Shown piece after piece: positions 1 through 13,204 of a DNA stretch of 64,000 bases; positions within the stretch are counted from its first letter, which is position 1, and each line of letters begins with the position of its first letter. Under the pieces are notes generated by a model. It searched no databases. It had not been told where the DNA came from and saw nothing but the letters and a program-made list of their open reading frames with translations. The translations under genes and the position numbers were made by a program. Origin of the DNA: Eledone cirrhosa (lineage: Eukaryota); NCBI GenBank assembly GCA_964016885.1, contig OZ024741.1:55366001-55430000 (forward strand), given 5' to 3'.

Positions 1-2656
1 ATTAGAATATACAATACATACAATAGTATATAGAGTACATACATTAGAATATACAATACATACAATAGTATATAGATAACATACATTAGAATATACAATA
101 CATACATTAGTATATAGAGTACATACATTAGAATATACAATACATACATTAGTATATAGAGTACATACATTAGAATATACAATACATACAATAGTATATA
201 GAATACATACATTAGAATATACAATACATACATTAGTATATAGAGTACATACATTAGAATATACAATACATACATTAGTATATAGAGTACATACATTAGA
301 ATATACAATACATACATTAGTATATATATACATACTTTAGAATATACAATACATACAATAGTATATAGAGTACATACATTAGAATATACAATACATACAT
401 TAGTATATAGAGTACATACATTAGAATATACAATACATACATTCGTATATATATACATACATTAGAATATACAATACATACATTAGTATATAGGGTACAT
501 ACATTAGAATATACAATACATACAATAGTATATAGAGTACATACAGTAGAATATACAATACATACAATAGTATATAGAGTACATACAGTAGAATATACAA
601 TACATACATTAGTATATAGAGTACATACATTAGAATATACAATACATACATTAGTATATAGAGTACATACATTAGAATATACAATACATACATTAGTATA
701 TAGAGTACATACATTAGAATATACAATACATACATTAGTATATAGAGTACATACATTAGAATATACAATACATACAATAGTATATATATATACATACATT
801 AGAATATACAATACATACAATAGTATATAGAGTACATACAGTAGAATATACAATACATACATTCGTATATATATACATACATTAGAATATACAATACATA
901 CATTAGTATATAGAGTACATACATTAGAATATACAATACATACATTAGTATATAGAGTACATACATTAGAATATACAATACATACATTAGTATATAGAGT
1001 ACATACATTAGAATATACAATACATACAATAGTATATATATACATACATTAGAATATACAATACATACAATAGTATATAGAGTACATACAGTAGAATATA
1101 CAATACATACATTAGTATATAGAGTACATACATTAGAATATACAATACATACAATAGTATATATATACATACATTAGAATATACAATACATACATTAGTA
1201 TATAGAGTACATACATTAGAATATACAATACATACATTCGTATATATATACATACATTAGAATATACAATACATACATTAGTATATAGAGTACATACATT
1301 AGAATATACAATACATACATTAGTATATAGAGTACATACATTAGAATATACAATACATACAATAGTATATATATACATACATTAGAATATACAATACATA
1401 CAATAGTATATAGAGTACATACAGTAGAATATACAATACATACATTAGTATATAGAGTACATACATTAGAATATACAATACATACATTAGTATATAGAGT
1501 ACATACATTAGAATATACAATACATACATTCGTATATATATACATACATTAGAATATACAATACATACAATAGTATATAGAGTACATACAGTAGAATATA
1601 CAATACATACATTAGTATATAGAGTACATACATTAGAATATACAATACATACAATAGTATATAGAGTACATACATTAGAATATACAATACATACATTAGT
1701 ATATAGAGTACATACATTAGAATATACAATACATACATTCGTATATATATACATACTTTAGAATATACAATACATACATTCGTATATATATACATACTTT
1801 AGAATATACAATACATACAATAGTATATAGAGTACATACAGTAGAATATACAATACATACATTAGTATATAGAGTACATACATTAGAATATACAATACAT
1901 ACAATAGTATATAGAGTACATACATTAGAATATACAATACATACATTCGTATATATATACATACATTAGAATATACAATACATACAATAGTATATAGAGT
2001 ACATACAGTAGAATATACAATACATACAATAGTATATATATACATACATTAGAATATACAATACATACATTAGTATATAGAGTACATACATTAGAATATA
2101 CAATACATACATTAGTATATAGAGTACATACATTAGAATATACAATACATACAATAGTATATATATACATACATTAGAATATACAATACATACAATAGTA
2201 TATAGAGTACATACATTAGAATATACAATACATACATTAGTATATAGAGTACATACATTAGAATATACAATACATACATTAGTATATAGAGTACATACAT
2301 TAGAATATACAATACATACAATAGTATATATATACATACATTAGAATATACAATACATACAATAGTATATAGAGTACATACATTAGAATATACAATACAT
2401 ACATTAGTATATAGAGTACATACATTAGAATATACAATACATACATTAGTATATAGAGTACATACATTAGAATATACAATACATACATTAGTATATAGAG
2501 TACATACAGTAGAATATACAATACATACATTAGTATATAGAGTACATACAGTAGAATATACAATACATACAATAGTATATATATACATACATTAGAATAT
2601 ACAATACATACAATAGTATATAGAGTACATACATTAGAATATACAATACATACAAT
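1..2656. repeat. 42-bp minisatellite (dimer of two related 21-bp subunits), runs off the left edge
   Basis: Consensus ATTAGAATATACAATACATACATTAGTATATAGAGTACATAC, with recurrent 41-bp variants (TAGTATATATATACATAC, TTCGTATATATATAC). Confidence 0.97.
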
Positions 2657-2845
2657 ACATTTTGTATTATTTTCAAGATATATATTTATGAGTACGTAAC
2701 AGAGTAACGTATTGTGTATGAGTACATGAATGCTTGTTTCTATATGTGCTTGAGTTCTGTATATATATATGTATATATGTGTGTGTGTGTGTATTCACAG
2801 TGAAATATATATTATCTAACCATATATTCTACTATTAAACAAACT

Positions 2846-2943
<98 letters not shown>

Positions 2944-3102
2944 TGTGTGTGTTCTCAGTGAAACGTATATTACCTACACATATATATACACGGGTGCTAG
3001 CATATAAACTCCTATTAAACAACGTTTGAGTGAATCTATTAGATCCACTACAGAATTCTGATTGTGTAACGTAATTATCAGACACACAATTGGATCAGTC
3101 AA

Positions 3103-3146
<44 letters not shown>

Positions 3147-3155
3147 GTTATATAC

Positions 3156-3238
<83 letters not shown>

Positions 3239-3290
3239 GTATATATATATATATATATATATATAGTATATATATATATACGTATATAAC

Positions 3291-3423
<133 letters not shown>

Positions 3424-3448
3424 GTATATATATATATACGTATATAAC

Positions 3449-3515
<67 letters not shown>

Positions 3516-3540
3516 GTATATATATATATACATATATAAC

Positions 3541-3578
<38 letters not shown>

Positions 3579-3804
3579 CCGCATCATATCTTGTATATAT
3601 ACAGATAAATGGATTAGTTCTGCGTTATGAATTTTTATAGGAATATTTTTTACAAAAGAGAAAACAGCAACAACGACCCCCTCCCTCACTCATCTATAAA
3701 CACATTTCATAGCTTCAGCCTCTCGCTAAAAGTCTATAATAATCCTGATCTGGGTCGGTTGATACGTGCCAATCCTCTCACTCGCATTGTCTACCACAGA
3801 AGGA

Positions 3805-4000
3805 ATAATAATTGTTTCTACTTTTGGCACAAGGCCAGCAATTATTCCAGTGTGTTACTGGTACTTCATTTTTATCTACCCCGTAAGGATGACAGGCAAA
3901 GCTAACCTCGGCAGGATTTGAACTCAGACCATAAAGGGCCGTAGCTCTTTGCTACAAATCATGGCGTCAGACCCTCTATCGATACTGCTAATCCACCGCC
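3805..4000 (-). mobile_element. tRNA-derived SINE (octopod-type)
   Basis: Reverse complement has a B box (GAGTTCAAATCC) followed by the core GCCGAGGTTAGCTTTGCC...CCTTACGGGG and an (ATT)n tail; homologous to other copies in the window. Confidence 0.85.
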
Positions 4001-4061
4001 CAGAGAAGGAATAATAATAATCATGTTAATGGTGATGATGATGATGATGGTGATGATAATG

Positions 4062-4158
4062 AATAATAATGGTTTCAGATTTAGGCACAAGGCCAGCAAT
4101 TTATGGGGGAGGGGGTCGATTAAATCCCTGGCACTTTCTTTTATCGACCCCGTAAGTA
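4062..4158 (-). mobile_element. SINE 3' fragment
   Basis: GGCACAAGGCCAGCAATT...TTTATCGACCCCGTAAG shared with the other SINE copies. Confidence 0.75.
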
Positions 4159-4183
4159 TGATACTGCCAATCCACCAACCTTT

Positions 4184-4263
4184 TGTATTTTCATATGATG
4201 TATTTTCATATGATGTATTTTCATATGATGTATTTTCATATGATGTATTTTCATATGATGTAT
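4184..4263. repeat. 15-bp tandem repeat, about 5 copies
   Basis: TGTATTTTCATATGA repeated. Confidence 0.9.
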
Positions 4264-4271
4264 TTATATAT

Positions 4272-4545
4272 ATAATAAGAAAAAAGTGGAGATGTTACAT
4301 CAAGAATTTGTTGATCAGTTCTGGTTACAATTGTTTCAAAGACAGTTGGATCATGATCCGGGTTAATATTCCAGACTAGATTCCGCGTCTACCTCATCCT
4401 CAGAGCTGTGCTATCACAGCCAAAATCCACATAGGGTTTACACCTCCACTTTGTTCTTATCATATACACTCTGTTCTATCATTGAGTCCTTACTTTGGTA
4501 CCCTCACCACTTTTTTCTACGGATATACTGCGACTTCGGCTCATA
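4272..4545. mobile_element. Foldback PLE-type 3'-end insertion with a degenerate HHR on the minus strand (4322-4407)
   Basis: Inverted pair at ~4276-4295 / 4440-4459. Minus strand reads CTGAGGA...GAAA CAATTG TA; stem I pairs poorly. Flanked by TA runs. Confidence 0.6.
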
Positions 4546-4553
4546 TATATATA

Positions 4554-4644
<91 letters not shown>

Positions 4645-4648
<4 letters not shown>

Positions 4649-4860
4649 TGGTTACACCACAGTTAGTTCACCATACCGATAACAATTGTTTCACCTCGGC
4701 GGATCCTCAGCTCGTATAACCATGTCCATTACGAGCTGAGGATCCGCTAAGGTGAAACAATTGTTCTCGGTATGGTGAACTAAACCACTTCTACCTAACT
4801 CGTCCCATGGAGTGAGTGCTCTACCACTTCGGATATTACCTTCCAGTGTTCTACTACAAT
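4645..4860. mobile_element. Foldback insertion in (TA)n
   Basis: Arms ~4659-4716 and 4730-4783 are reverse complements; the sense tail continues to (TA)n at 4860. Confidence 0.85.
4732..4769 (+). ncRNA. Type I hammerhead ribozyme (minimal)
   Basis: cgag CTGAGGA tccgctaaggt GAAA caattg TT ctcg: stem I CGAG/CTCG, palindromic stem III ACAATTGT. Confidence 0.85.
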
Positions 4861-5432
4861 ATATATATATATATACCAACTAGAAATTGATTGACATATA
4901 TATATATAATGCAATGAAATATCTATGATCGTCGGCAAATCACTGATGAGGGACTTATTTTATTACATGTTATCCATGTGCAACCTGCAGTATTCTTCTC
5001 CCCATTTTTTCATATATATATATATATATATATATATCAAATAAACATATGAAACAATCACAGGGAATAATTTGTAAAGTGTGTAAGCACACACAGCTAG
5101 GTAGGTAACTAATTAAAGTTTAACTAGAACTTCAAATATAGATACCTTTTAAAATTATTAATCTTCCTTGTATATATTTCTTTAAAGAAATATATTTCAC
5201 CATTAATCCGTAAACTCACAGTAGTCAAATTTGGATCTTCAGCAAGGGAGAATATTTTACTATCTGTGTTTACACATCAAATGCAAATCTGTGAATGACC
5301 CGTCGCACGTGTTGCATTTTTAAGACTACACACATCGTACCAGCGTCATCCCAGTGGCGTGAATAGGATTATCGACAGCTAGAAATAGCAGCCAAGTCCT
5401 TTCAACTAAGTTAGCTCTACAATTAAGGAGCC

Positions 5433-5476
<44 letters not shown>

Positions 5477-5483
<7 letters not shown>

Positions 5484-6076
5484 TCAACAGGCACACGGTG
5501 AAACTTTCCTACTCAACCACACGCTCCGTAGCCCAGCACATAGCTGGCATAAATAGGAATAGGCTCACTGCCTCTAATACCACCGTAAACCCCGGAGCCA
5601 CCCAACAGAACCAGCACGCGGGACGCGTACATGTGGTGGGGCTTAAGAAGTCATGTAATTGCAGAGACCCATCACTATGCCCACTTAGTAATTAATGCAT
5701 GACGAAAGACGTGGTCTACAGGTGCAAGGTCACAACCCCTAACTCGGAGCAGCACTACATAGGATCCACAGCGACGAGCTTCAAAGATCGCTGGTATAAC
5801 CATCGCCATTCCTTTAACAGAATAGATAAGAGGAAATGTACGGCCCTTTCTGAATTGATCTGGAAGCTCAAACTTGAAAAGACCCCGCACTCTCTGGTCT
5901 GGTCCGTGGTTAGAAAGGTTCCCCCAGACAGAGGCGGGTCTGGTATTTGCAACCTCTGTCTTAGTGAGACACTCGAGATTCTTCATGGTGGAACCAAGCT
6001 ATTAAACAGAAGGGCCGACTTATTCGGTGCCTGCAGACACCTAAGGACGGGAACTTTCCTCAAGCTATATGGATAA
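5477..6076 (+). pseudogene. PLE C-terminal linker and GIY-YIG endonuclease, one in-frame TAA at 5693-5695
   Basis: KIFNRHTVKLSYS...CNCRDPSLCPL.*C...VVY...YIGST...FKDRWYNH...CNLCLSE...LLNRR...CRH. The CxCx5C linker and (TA)n association match my recollection of Hydra-clade PLEs. Confidence 0.88.
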
Positions 6077-7139
6077 ACCCCGGTTAAGGCCTCCCACCAC
6101 CCCACCCCCCTGTAGGTCCCCTACACCCCGTACCAATGACCAATGGACAACAACAACCGCCCATAGTTTGTGGTCCCTATGGTTGATGGTCCACCGTATC
6201 CTCTACTGGTTAGGAGTCATCTAAACCACGTTTTATTGAACCTGATTTTATATATATATATGTATATATTTTATGTGTGTATATATGTGTATTTTATGTA
6301 TATATATGTATATATCTTATATATGTATATATATATATATATGTGTGTGTATTTTATATATGTGTATGTATGTATATTTTGTGTGTGTATATATTTTATA
6401 TATGTATATATTTTATATATATATATGTATTTTATACATATGTATATTTTATATATAATTATGTATTTTATGTATATATATGTATACTTGTGCGTACATA
6501 TATATATATACACACCTGTATGGATTTGTGTGTGTAGATGTGTGTGTGTCTGAGGGGGTAGGTGTGAGTGTATGTACAAGTCAACCAACATAAGTCTTTT
6601 TATTTCTAAATTTTCTAAACTATCTAAGTATTGGACTCTAACCATTATTTTAAGTATTACCACCCCACATTAATTCCTCAATTTGTATGTGTGGATGTGT
6701 GTGTGTGTGTGTCTGTGGAGGTGGGTATGAGTGTACGTGCAAACCAACCTACATAAGTCTTTTTTTTTGTAAATTTTCTACTCTAACCATAATTTCCAGT
6801 AGCACCACTCCACATAAATTCCTCAATTTAAGAATGACCTGTAGTATCTATTTCATACTATTAACCTTAATTGAATATATATCTGACCAGGAATGCTTTT
6901 TTGGAAAATCAGTCATATGGAACTATTGTCATCTTGCCTGACGGTTTGAACTTTACAATACCACCTGCCTCTTTGAGGTCAAATACCAACACTACTAGCA
7001 TCTACAAACTGACCAATGAGAATTAAGACTATTCCTGCTGACAACATTAAATTATTCCTAACAAGCTCATATGTCCCAAGGCTCTGATACCAACGACACT
7101 ATAAACACAGAGCTGGCATATCTAAGAACTGACTAACTA

Positions 7140-7194
7140 ACTGCCTGATGAGGTCATAGCCATTCAATGGCTATCATCGAATATATATAGCAGT
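7140..7194 (+). ncRNA. Type I hammerhead ribozyme (GAAA core missing one A)
   Basis: actgc CTGATGA ggtc-atagccatt-c-aatggctat-catc GAA tatatata gcagt; stem I ACTGC/GCAGT; same layout as the intact 14570-14619 motif. Confidence 0.75.
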
Positions 7195-7249
7195 AAATAA
7201 AGGATTATGAGTTCATGCAATTGACTTATGTTTCGTCACTATATTTATA

Positions 7250-7415
7250 TATAGAAGAGCTTCCACAGGACTAGAAGTGTTTCATTCGTGATGATTTCTC
7301 ACGAATGAAACAGTTCTAGTCCTGTAGAAGCTCTTCTGTATTAAATCTTTTAAAATCTGCTATGTATTGAGTACCTTACTTACTGTGGTTACCTCCGATT
7401 CAACCCGGAATAAGT

Positions 7416-7416
<1 letters not shown>
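7250..7416. mobile_element. Foldback insertion, same family as 28643-28878
   Basis: Inverted arms meet at the HHR core remnant TGATGA (~7289); the tail ...GAGTACCTTAC...CCCGGAATAA is near-identical to 28831-28874. Confidence 0.85.
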
Positions 7417-7442
<26 letters not shown>

Positions 7443-7447
<5 letters not shown>

Positions 7448-7974
7448 ATATTAACAAATGGAAACTATATTTATAAAACCATATCTATTTTATTATACAT
7501 ATTTCAAGGATACCATGTTAAATCATGGTATGCCTTCATCAGACAAAATACAATATATACCAGTTTTATAAATAAATATTGACGTACCCTTTCAAAATGC
7601 AACAGTTACTTTTGGAAGACATCGGGATTTACCTATATTAGTAAGTCGTTGTGTTACAGAGAAGGAAAAAGGAAAAACACAACGACTTACTAATATAGGT
7701 AAACATCCCGATGTCTTCCAAAAGTAACTGTTGCATTTTGAAAGGGTACGTCAATATTTATTTATAAAACTGGTATATATTGTATTTTGTCTGATGAAGG
7801 CATACCATGATTTAACATGGTATCCTTGAAATATGTATAATAAAATAGATATGGTTTTATAAATATAGTTTCCATTTGTTAATATCGTATATTTACTCCA
7901 AATACTTGTCGAGTGCTTTATATCAGTTATAAAAATATTTACTTGTTGTATCCCAACAATTTAAATAGAACTTT

Positions 7975-7978
<4 letters not shown>
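7443..7978. mobile_element. Foldback insertion with ~210-bp arms
   Basis: 7443-7655 is a near-perfect reverse complement of 7676-7890; sense tail runs to (TA)n; related to 57228-57925. Confidence 0.9.
7783..7847 (+). ncRNA. Type I hammerhead ribozyme
   Basis: tattttgt CTGATGA aggcataccatg-atttaa-catggtatcctt GAAA tatgta TA ataaaata; antisense copy at ~7485-7550. Confidence 0.85.
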
Positions 7979-8062
<84 letters not shown>

Positions 8063-8875
8063 CATATATATAATATATATACACACACACACATATATAT
8101 ACGTGAAAATGTGTGTGTACAAGAGAGAGATAGTATCTATATATTCTTATCAAATTCAACAACAGTTGTCTGTGTGTCTGTGCGTCTGTGTCTGTGTTTG
8201 CGTGTGTTTGTGTGTCTGTGTCTGTGTGTGTGTCTGTGTGTCTGTGTCTGTGTGTGTGTCTGTGTGTCTGTGTCTGTGTGTGTGTCTGTGTGTCTGTGTG
8301 TCTGTCTGTGTGTCTTTGTTTGTGTGTCAGCCTGATATGACAATGCGACAACCATGCACACCATTGAAATTGCAGTCAAACCACCCGGACATTGGCAAAT
8401 TTATTTCTTCTGCTATCTCAATAAGAAACACAAATACAGTTAACACGTGTTTCTAGCAGGTGCACCTTACAGGTGCAATCAACATTACAAGTGATTGATT
8501 ATCGATCAAGTACACAGATCAAGTTTCCTGATAAGAAAACAAATGCAAGATAAACATCTACTTCATTATACACAACAATGTCATTCTCGACATGCTAGAA
8601 ATACCAATTAAATCGTCTTCACAACATAACCTACAATCAGAAAAAAAGGAAGGACATATTCAATATGTTACTTCGTGTGATTAAATTATTGGCGAGGTCA
8701 GATCTGATGTAATCGATTTATTATCGATAGTATGCCATACTAGACGACAAACGTTGAGTGTTGGGGGGGGATTTGACTGCCATTTATATATATATGTGTG
8801 CGTGTGTGTGTGTATGTATGTTCCCACACATACACACACGCACACACACATATATATATATACACATATATATAT

Positions 8876-8906
<31 letters not shown>

Positions 8907-8907
8907 G

Positions 8908-9035
8908 TAATTGTTTCTACTTTAGACACAAGGCCAGCAATTACCCAGTACATTACTGGTACTTTATTTTATCGACCCCGTAAGGATGAAAGGCAAAGTT
9001 AACCTCGGCGGGATTTGAACTCAGATTGTAAAGAG
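8908..9035 (-). mobile_element. SINE, 5'-truncated
   Basis: Same core and B box as 3805-4000. Confidence 0.85.
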
Positions 9036-9044
9036 TAATAATAA

Positions 9045-9272
9045 TAAATGCGAAGACTAAAATCCAAAGAGGGGAGGGCTCGATAAGGATAAATATATAT
9101 CAAATATATAAGAACCGTAGAGCAAATATTTATTAAAATAACAGATTAAAGTTTAAGCAAAGAATGGCTGCTTTCCCCCTTAACGGGATCTTCTGAAGTT
9201 TCAGAAGATCCCGTTAAGGGTGAAAGCAGCGATTCTTTGCTTAAACTTTAATCTGTTATTTTAATAAATATA
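9045..9272. mobile_element. Foldback insertion with HHR-like remnant
   Basis: Palindrome 9125-9271 centred near 9198; right arm reads CAGAAGA tccc gttaa gggt GAAA (non-canonical core). Confidence 0.75.
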
Positions 9273-9285
9273 TATATATATATAT

Positions 9286-9327
<42 letters not shown>

Positions 9328-9330
<3 letters not shown>

Positions 9331-9524
9331 AACCAGTAAGACCCCGACAGCTGAGCTCAAGCCGTTTCGACGGCTAATTCTGGACTCAGTCCAGAATTAG
9401 CCGTCGAAACGGCTTGAGCTCAGCTGTCGGGGTCTTACTGGTTCCTATTACCCACTCTACTACCTCAAGTATTGAGTACTTTGGTGCGTTATGGTCCACC
9501 TGGTTCCTTACCACATTTCCTTCG

Positions 9525-9527
<3 letters not shown>
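9328..9527. mobile_element. Foldback insertion containing the 3' half of an HHR
   Basis: Perfect palindrome 9328-9447; GAAA CGGCT-tgagctc-AGCTG TC gggg corresponds to stem III plus cleavage triplet; same family as 23771-23955 and 24040-24230. Confidence 0.85.
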
Positions 9528-9585
<58 letters not shown>

Positions 9586-9663
9586 TGTATTTAAAATGTT
9601 TAGCCTGCATTGAGCTTTTCTCACCTACCAAAAGTAATAGTGTAATCCTCCATATACAAGATT

Positions 9664-9706
<43 letters not shown>

Positions 9707-9764
9707 GTGAGTGTGTGTGTGTGTGTGTGTATAAATATCAATATATAAAATTATCTGTCTCTAC

Positions 9765-9853
<89 letters not shown>

Positions 9854-10038
9854 TACAAAAAAACACGTACATATATACGTACATACCAACATATATACAT
9901 CAACTCACATCGTTACCTCCACGTGGGTTAATTATTTTCACAGATCACTATAAACACTATGACCTATTTTCATCGTGTTTGTGTCTGCATAGATACAAAT
10001 ATATATATACACACACACACACATACACACATACACAC

Positions 10039-10137
<99 letters not shown>

Positions 10138-10529
10138 TGAGTGTGTTTGTAGTTTTATTTATTTAATTGTGAAGAGGGCTCTGTGGCCATGCCCATCACG
10201 GGTCCACTGGGACATACAATTGTCACTTTCGATGTGAGGATAGATTACGGAAATAGATGGTTGTCTGGCAAGCTGGTATTTTGTGCTATGTATGGGTGGG
10301 ACCCTATGGATATTGATGGAGGGGTGTGGAGGAAGTTGTTAATGTTTAACACACATATAATATTAAACATTCATCGTAAAAATCCCAGACATGGCTGTGT
10401 GATTAGTCGGTTTGTTTAACAAATAGGTTACTTCTGATTCAGTCTCACCGCAGAGCCCTTTCTACAATTGCCTCAAATTGATCAATATCCTATATACGAA
10501 ATTTGGTAGAAGGAAACTGTGTAAAGGAC

Positions 10530-10843
10530 CGATATATATATATATATATAAAAACGTAGTTAAGAAAGCCACAACAATGCAGAGGGAAATCTCGAGGTAG
10601 GAAGTGAAAGCTAGATAGGAAAAACAGGTGAAAGTGAAAATTGAGAGAGACAAAGATGAAAACAAAACAAAGGTAGAAGGGTTACCGTAGTGGAGATTTA
10701 ATCCCAATATTTCGGGCTCACGCCCATCAACGGGGGAAAGTTCCAAAAGGGAGGGAACAGGCCAAGCGGAGAAAGTTGTGAGCGTGAAATTAATAAACAT
10801 TTATTGTACTGCCTCTCTGTTTTGTCCCTGTTCAAATTTTTCC

Positions 10844-10848
<5 letters not shown>
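10530..10848. mobile_element. PLE-type 3'-end remnant: antisense HHR-like motif plus sense tail
   Basis: Minus strand 10703-10736 reads CCGTTGA t GGGC gtga GCCC GAAA ta TT ggg (degenerate core); tail 10780-10846 matches the reverse complement of 61205-61270. Confidence 0.55.
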
Positions 10849-10883
<35 letters not shown>

Positions 10884-11116
10884 TTAGAAACACACAGATA
10901 CATGCGGACACACACATATATACATGAATGCATCCGCACCCAACTGTGAGTTAAGGGTGCCAACTTCACCGATGTTGCTCAATGAATGACTGGGACAGAC
11001 CAATTCAGTTGAACTAGACTGAACCAGTATCAGAGTTAAAAATACATTATGAAGAGAGAAGAAACATTTAGATATAATTAGTAATAAAATGTATTATACC
11101 TAAACTGCTCCTAAAT

Positions 11117-11206
11117 TCCTCGACTACGTAGTTTCGTGGCATAAACAAAAACAATATATCATAAAGATATAGAGTCCCTGCGAGGTCTGCCGACTTATCA
11201 AGAGGA
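11117..11206 (-). ncRNA. HHR of the 595-bp unit (further copies at 11712-11801 and 12307-12396)
   Basis: Reverse complement of 12704-12793. Confidence 0.75.
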
Positions 11207-12703
11207 TACCTCATTTTACTAGTCTCAAGAACGCGTCTACACGACGTGAGAAAGAATCCCAAAAGGCGGAGGGGGAGATAGTCACGCGATATAACGGTCG
11301 AGAAACAGAGCTAAGCCTCTTATAACCCCGAAGAAAATACCACGGAGGCGGAGGGGGTATTTATATCGAGGCCGCAGAAGAGGTGGTGAAGAAGGCGAGA
11401 AGTATGAGTAATGGAAGCTTTCCAGCTGTCCCCACACTTCAAAGATTGCTCGACCAGAGGGAGTTATTAACAATATATTTAGAAACACACAGATACATGC
11501 GGACACACACATATATACATGAATGCATCCGCACCCAACTGTGAGTTAAGGGTGCCAACTTCACCGATGTTTCTCAATGAATGACTGGGACAGACCAATT
11601 CAGTTGAACTAGACTGAACCAGTATCAGAGTTAAAAATACATTATGAAGAGAGAAGAAACATTTAGATATAATTAGTAATAAAATGTATCATACCTAAAC
11701 TGCTCCTAAATTCCTCGACTACGTAGTTTCGTGGCATAAACAAAAACAATATATCATAAAGATATAGAGTCCCTGCGAGGTCTGCCGACTTATCAAGAGG
11801 ATACCTCATTTTACTAGTCTCAAGAACGCGTCTACACGACGTGAGAAAGAATCCCAAAAGGCGGAGGGGGAGATAGTCACGCGATATAACGGTCGAGAAA
11901 CAGAGCTAAGCCTCTTATAACCCCGAAGAAAATACCACGGAGGCGGAGGGGGTATTTATATCGAGGCCGCAGAAGAGGTGGTGAAGAAGGCGAGAAGTAT
12001 GAGTAATGGAAGCTTTCCAGCTGTCCCCACACTTCAAAGATTGCTCGACCAGAGGGAGTTATTAACAATATATTTAGAAACACACAGATACATGCGGACA
12101 CACACATATATACATGAATGCATCCGCACCCAACTGTGAGTTAAGGGTGCCAACTTCACCGATGTTGCTCAATGAATGACTGGGACAGACCAATTCAGTT
12201 GAACTAGACTGAACCAGTATCAGAGTTAAAAATACATTATGAAGAGAGAAGAAACATTTAGATATAATTAGTAATAAAATGTATCATACCTAAACTGCTC
12301 CTAAATTCCTCGACTACGTAGTTTCGTGGCATAAACAAAAACAATATATCATAAAGATATAGAGTCCCTGCGAGGTCTGCCGACTTATCAAGAGGATACC
12401 TCATTTTACTAGTCTCAAGAACGCGTCACAACGACGTGAGAAAGAATCCCAAAAGGCGGAGGGGGAGATAGTCACGCGATATAACGGTCGAGAAACAGAG
12501 CTAAGCCTCTTATAACCCCGAAGAAAATACCACTGCGGCCTCGATATAAATACCCCCTCCGCCTCCGTGGTATTTTCTTCGGGGTTATAAGAGGCTTAGC
12601 TCTGTTTCTCGACCGTTATATCGCGTGACTATCTCCCCCTCCGCCTTTTGGGATTCTTTCTCACGTCGTGTAGACGCGTTCTTGAGACTAGTAAAATGAG
12701 GTA

Positions 12704-12793
12704 TCCTCTTGATAAGTCGGCAGACCTCGCAGGGACTCTATATCTTTATGATATATTGTTTTTGTTTATGCCACGAAACTACGTAGTCGAGGA
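12704..12793 (+). ncRNA. Type I hammerhead ribozyme, U3-A8 core variant with extended stem II
   Basis: tcctc TTGATAA gtcggca...tgccac GAAA ctacgtag TC gagga; stem I TCCTC/GAGGA; stem III is the palindrome ACTACGTAGT. Confidence 0.78.
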
Positions 12794-12865
12794 ATTTAGG
12801 AGCAGTTTAGGTATGATACATTTTATTTCTAATTATATCTAAATGTTTCTTCTCTCTTCATAATG

Positions 12866-12927
<62 letters not shown>

Positions 12928-12970
12928 ATGAGAAAGTAGTTTCAGATGTTAAAGTCCTTTATTGATAATG

Positions 12971-13043
12971 CTGTGATACATATTTCAATGACGACAGTGG
13001 CCACACGATTCCGTGTACCCAGTGCCGTGACATCATCAGAGAT
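12971..13043 (-). ncRNA. Degenerate HHR in a PLE-type remnant
   Basis: Minus strand reads CTGATGA tgtcacggca...tgtcgtcatt GAAA tatgta TC; stem I is mismatched. Confidence 0.55.
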
Positions 13044-13204
13044 CTTCTTATGTAATAAGGGTACGTTCCCAAGGTAATCCAAATAGAAACGACAAGGGAG
13101 CGGACAAGGCGTGTGTTCTTGAATTGCCTGCCCGTTCCCCTGTGGTCAACATTCACCTCCGCAATTCTGCTCAAGCGCAAACGTATGTGTATATATATAT
13201 ATAT

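Larger units (their letters stand above)
5477..7245 (+). mobile_element. 5'-truncated Penelope-like retroelement, Hydra-clade-like
   Basis: Starts right after (TA)n, encodes linker plus GIY-YIG, has a ~1.1-kb 3' region with an internal ~160-bp duplication (6520-6830) and an HHR near the end, and ends in a TA-rich site. Confidence 0.85.
10877..12868. mobile_element. Retrozyme-like tandem of a 595-bp HHR-containing unit (2.8 antisense copies plus a 336-bp sense arm)
   Basis: Unit starts at 10877, 11472 and 12067; inversion junction at 12533; copies differ at only a few positions; both ends abut (TA)n; no credible ORF. Confidence 0.9.

Noticed and set aside
317-2588. ORFs in the 42-bp array
   Set aside because: Translation of a minisatellite with frequent frameshifting 41-bp units.
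4944-4952. Isolated CTGATGA motifs (also near 19331)
   Set aside because: No matching GAAA, stem III and stem I arrangement downstream.
5693-5695. Recoded stop (selenocysteine or readthrough) in the PLE ORF
   Set aside because: The codon is TAA rather than TGA and sits at a non-Cys position in a truncated copy; simple decay is more likely.
7443-7890. MITE or pre-miRNA interpretation of the hairpins
   Set aside because: Arm end points differ between copies of a family, arms are asymmetric, and they carry strand-specific HHRs and tails.
11068-12842. Repeated 64-aa and 76-aa ORFs in the 595-bp unit, and similar ORFs in the 516-bp unit
   Set aside because: Mostly non-ATG starts, no recognisable motifs; they recur only because the unit is repeated.
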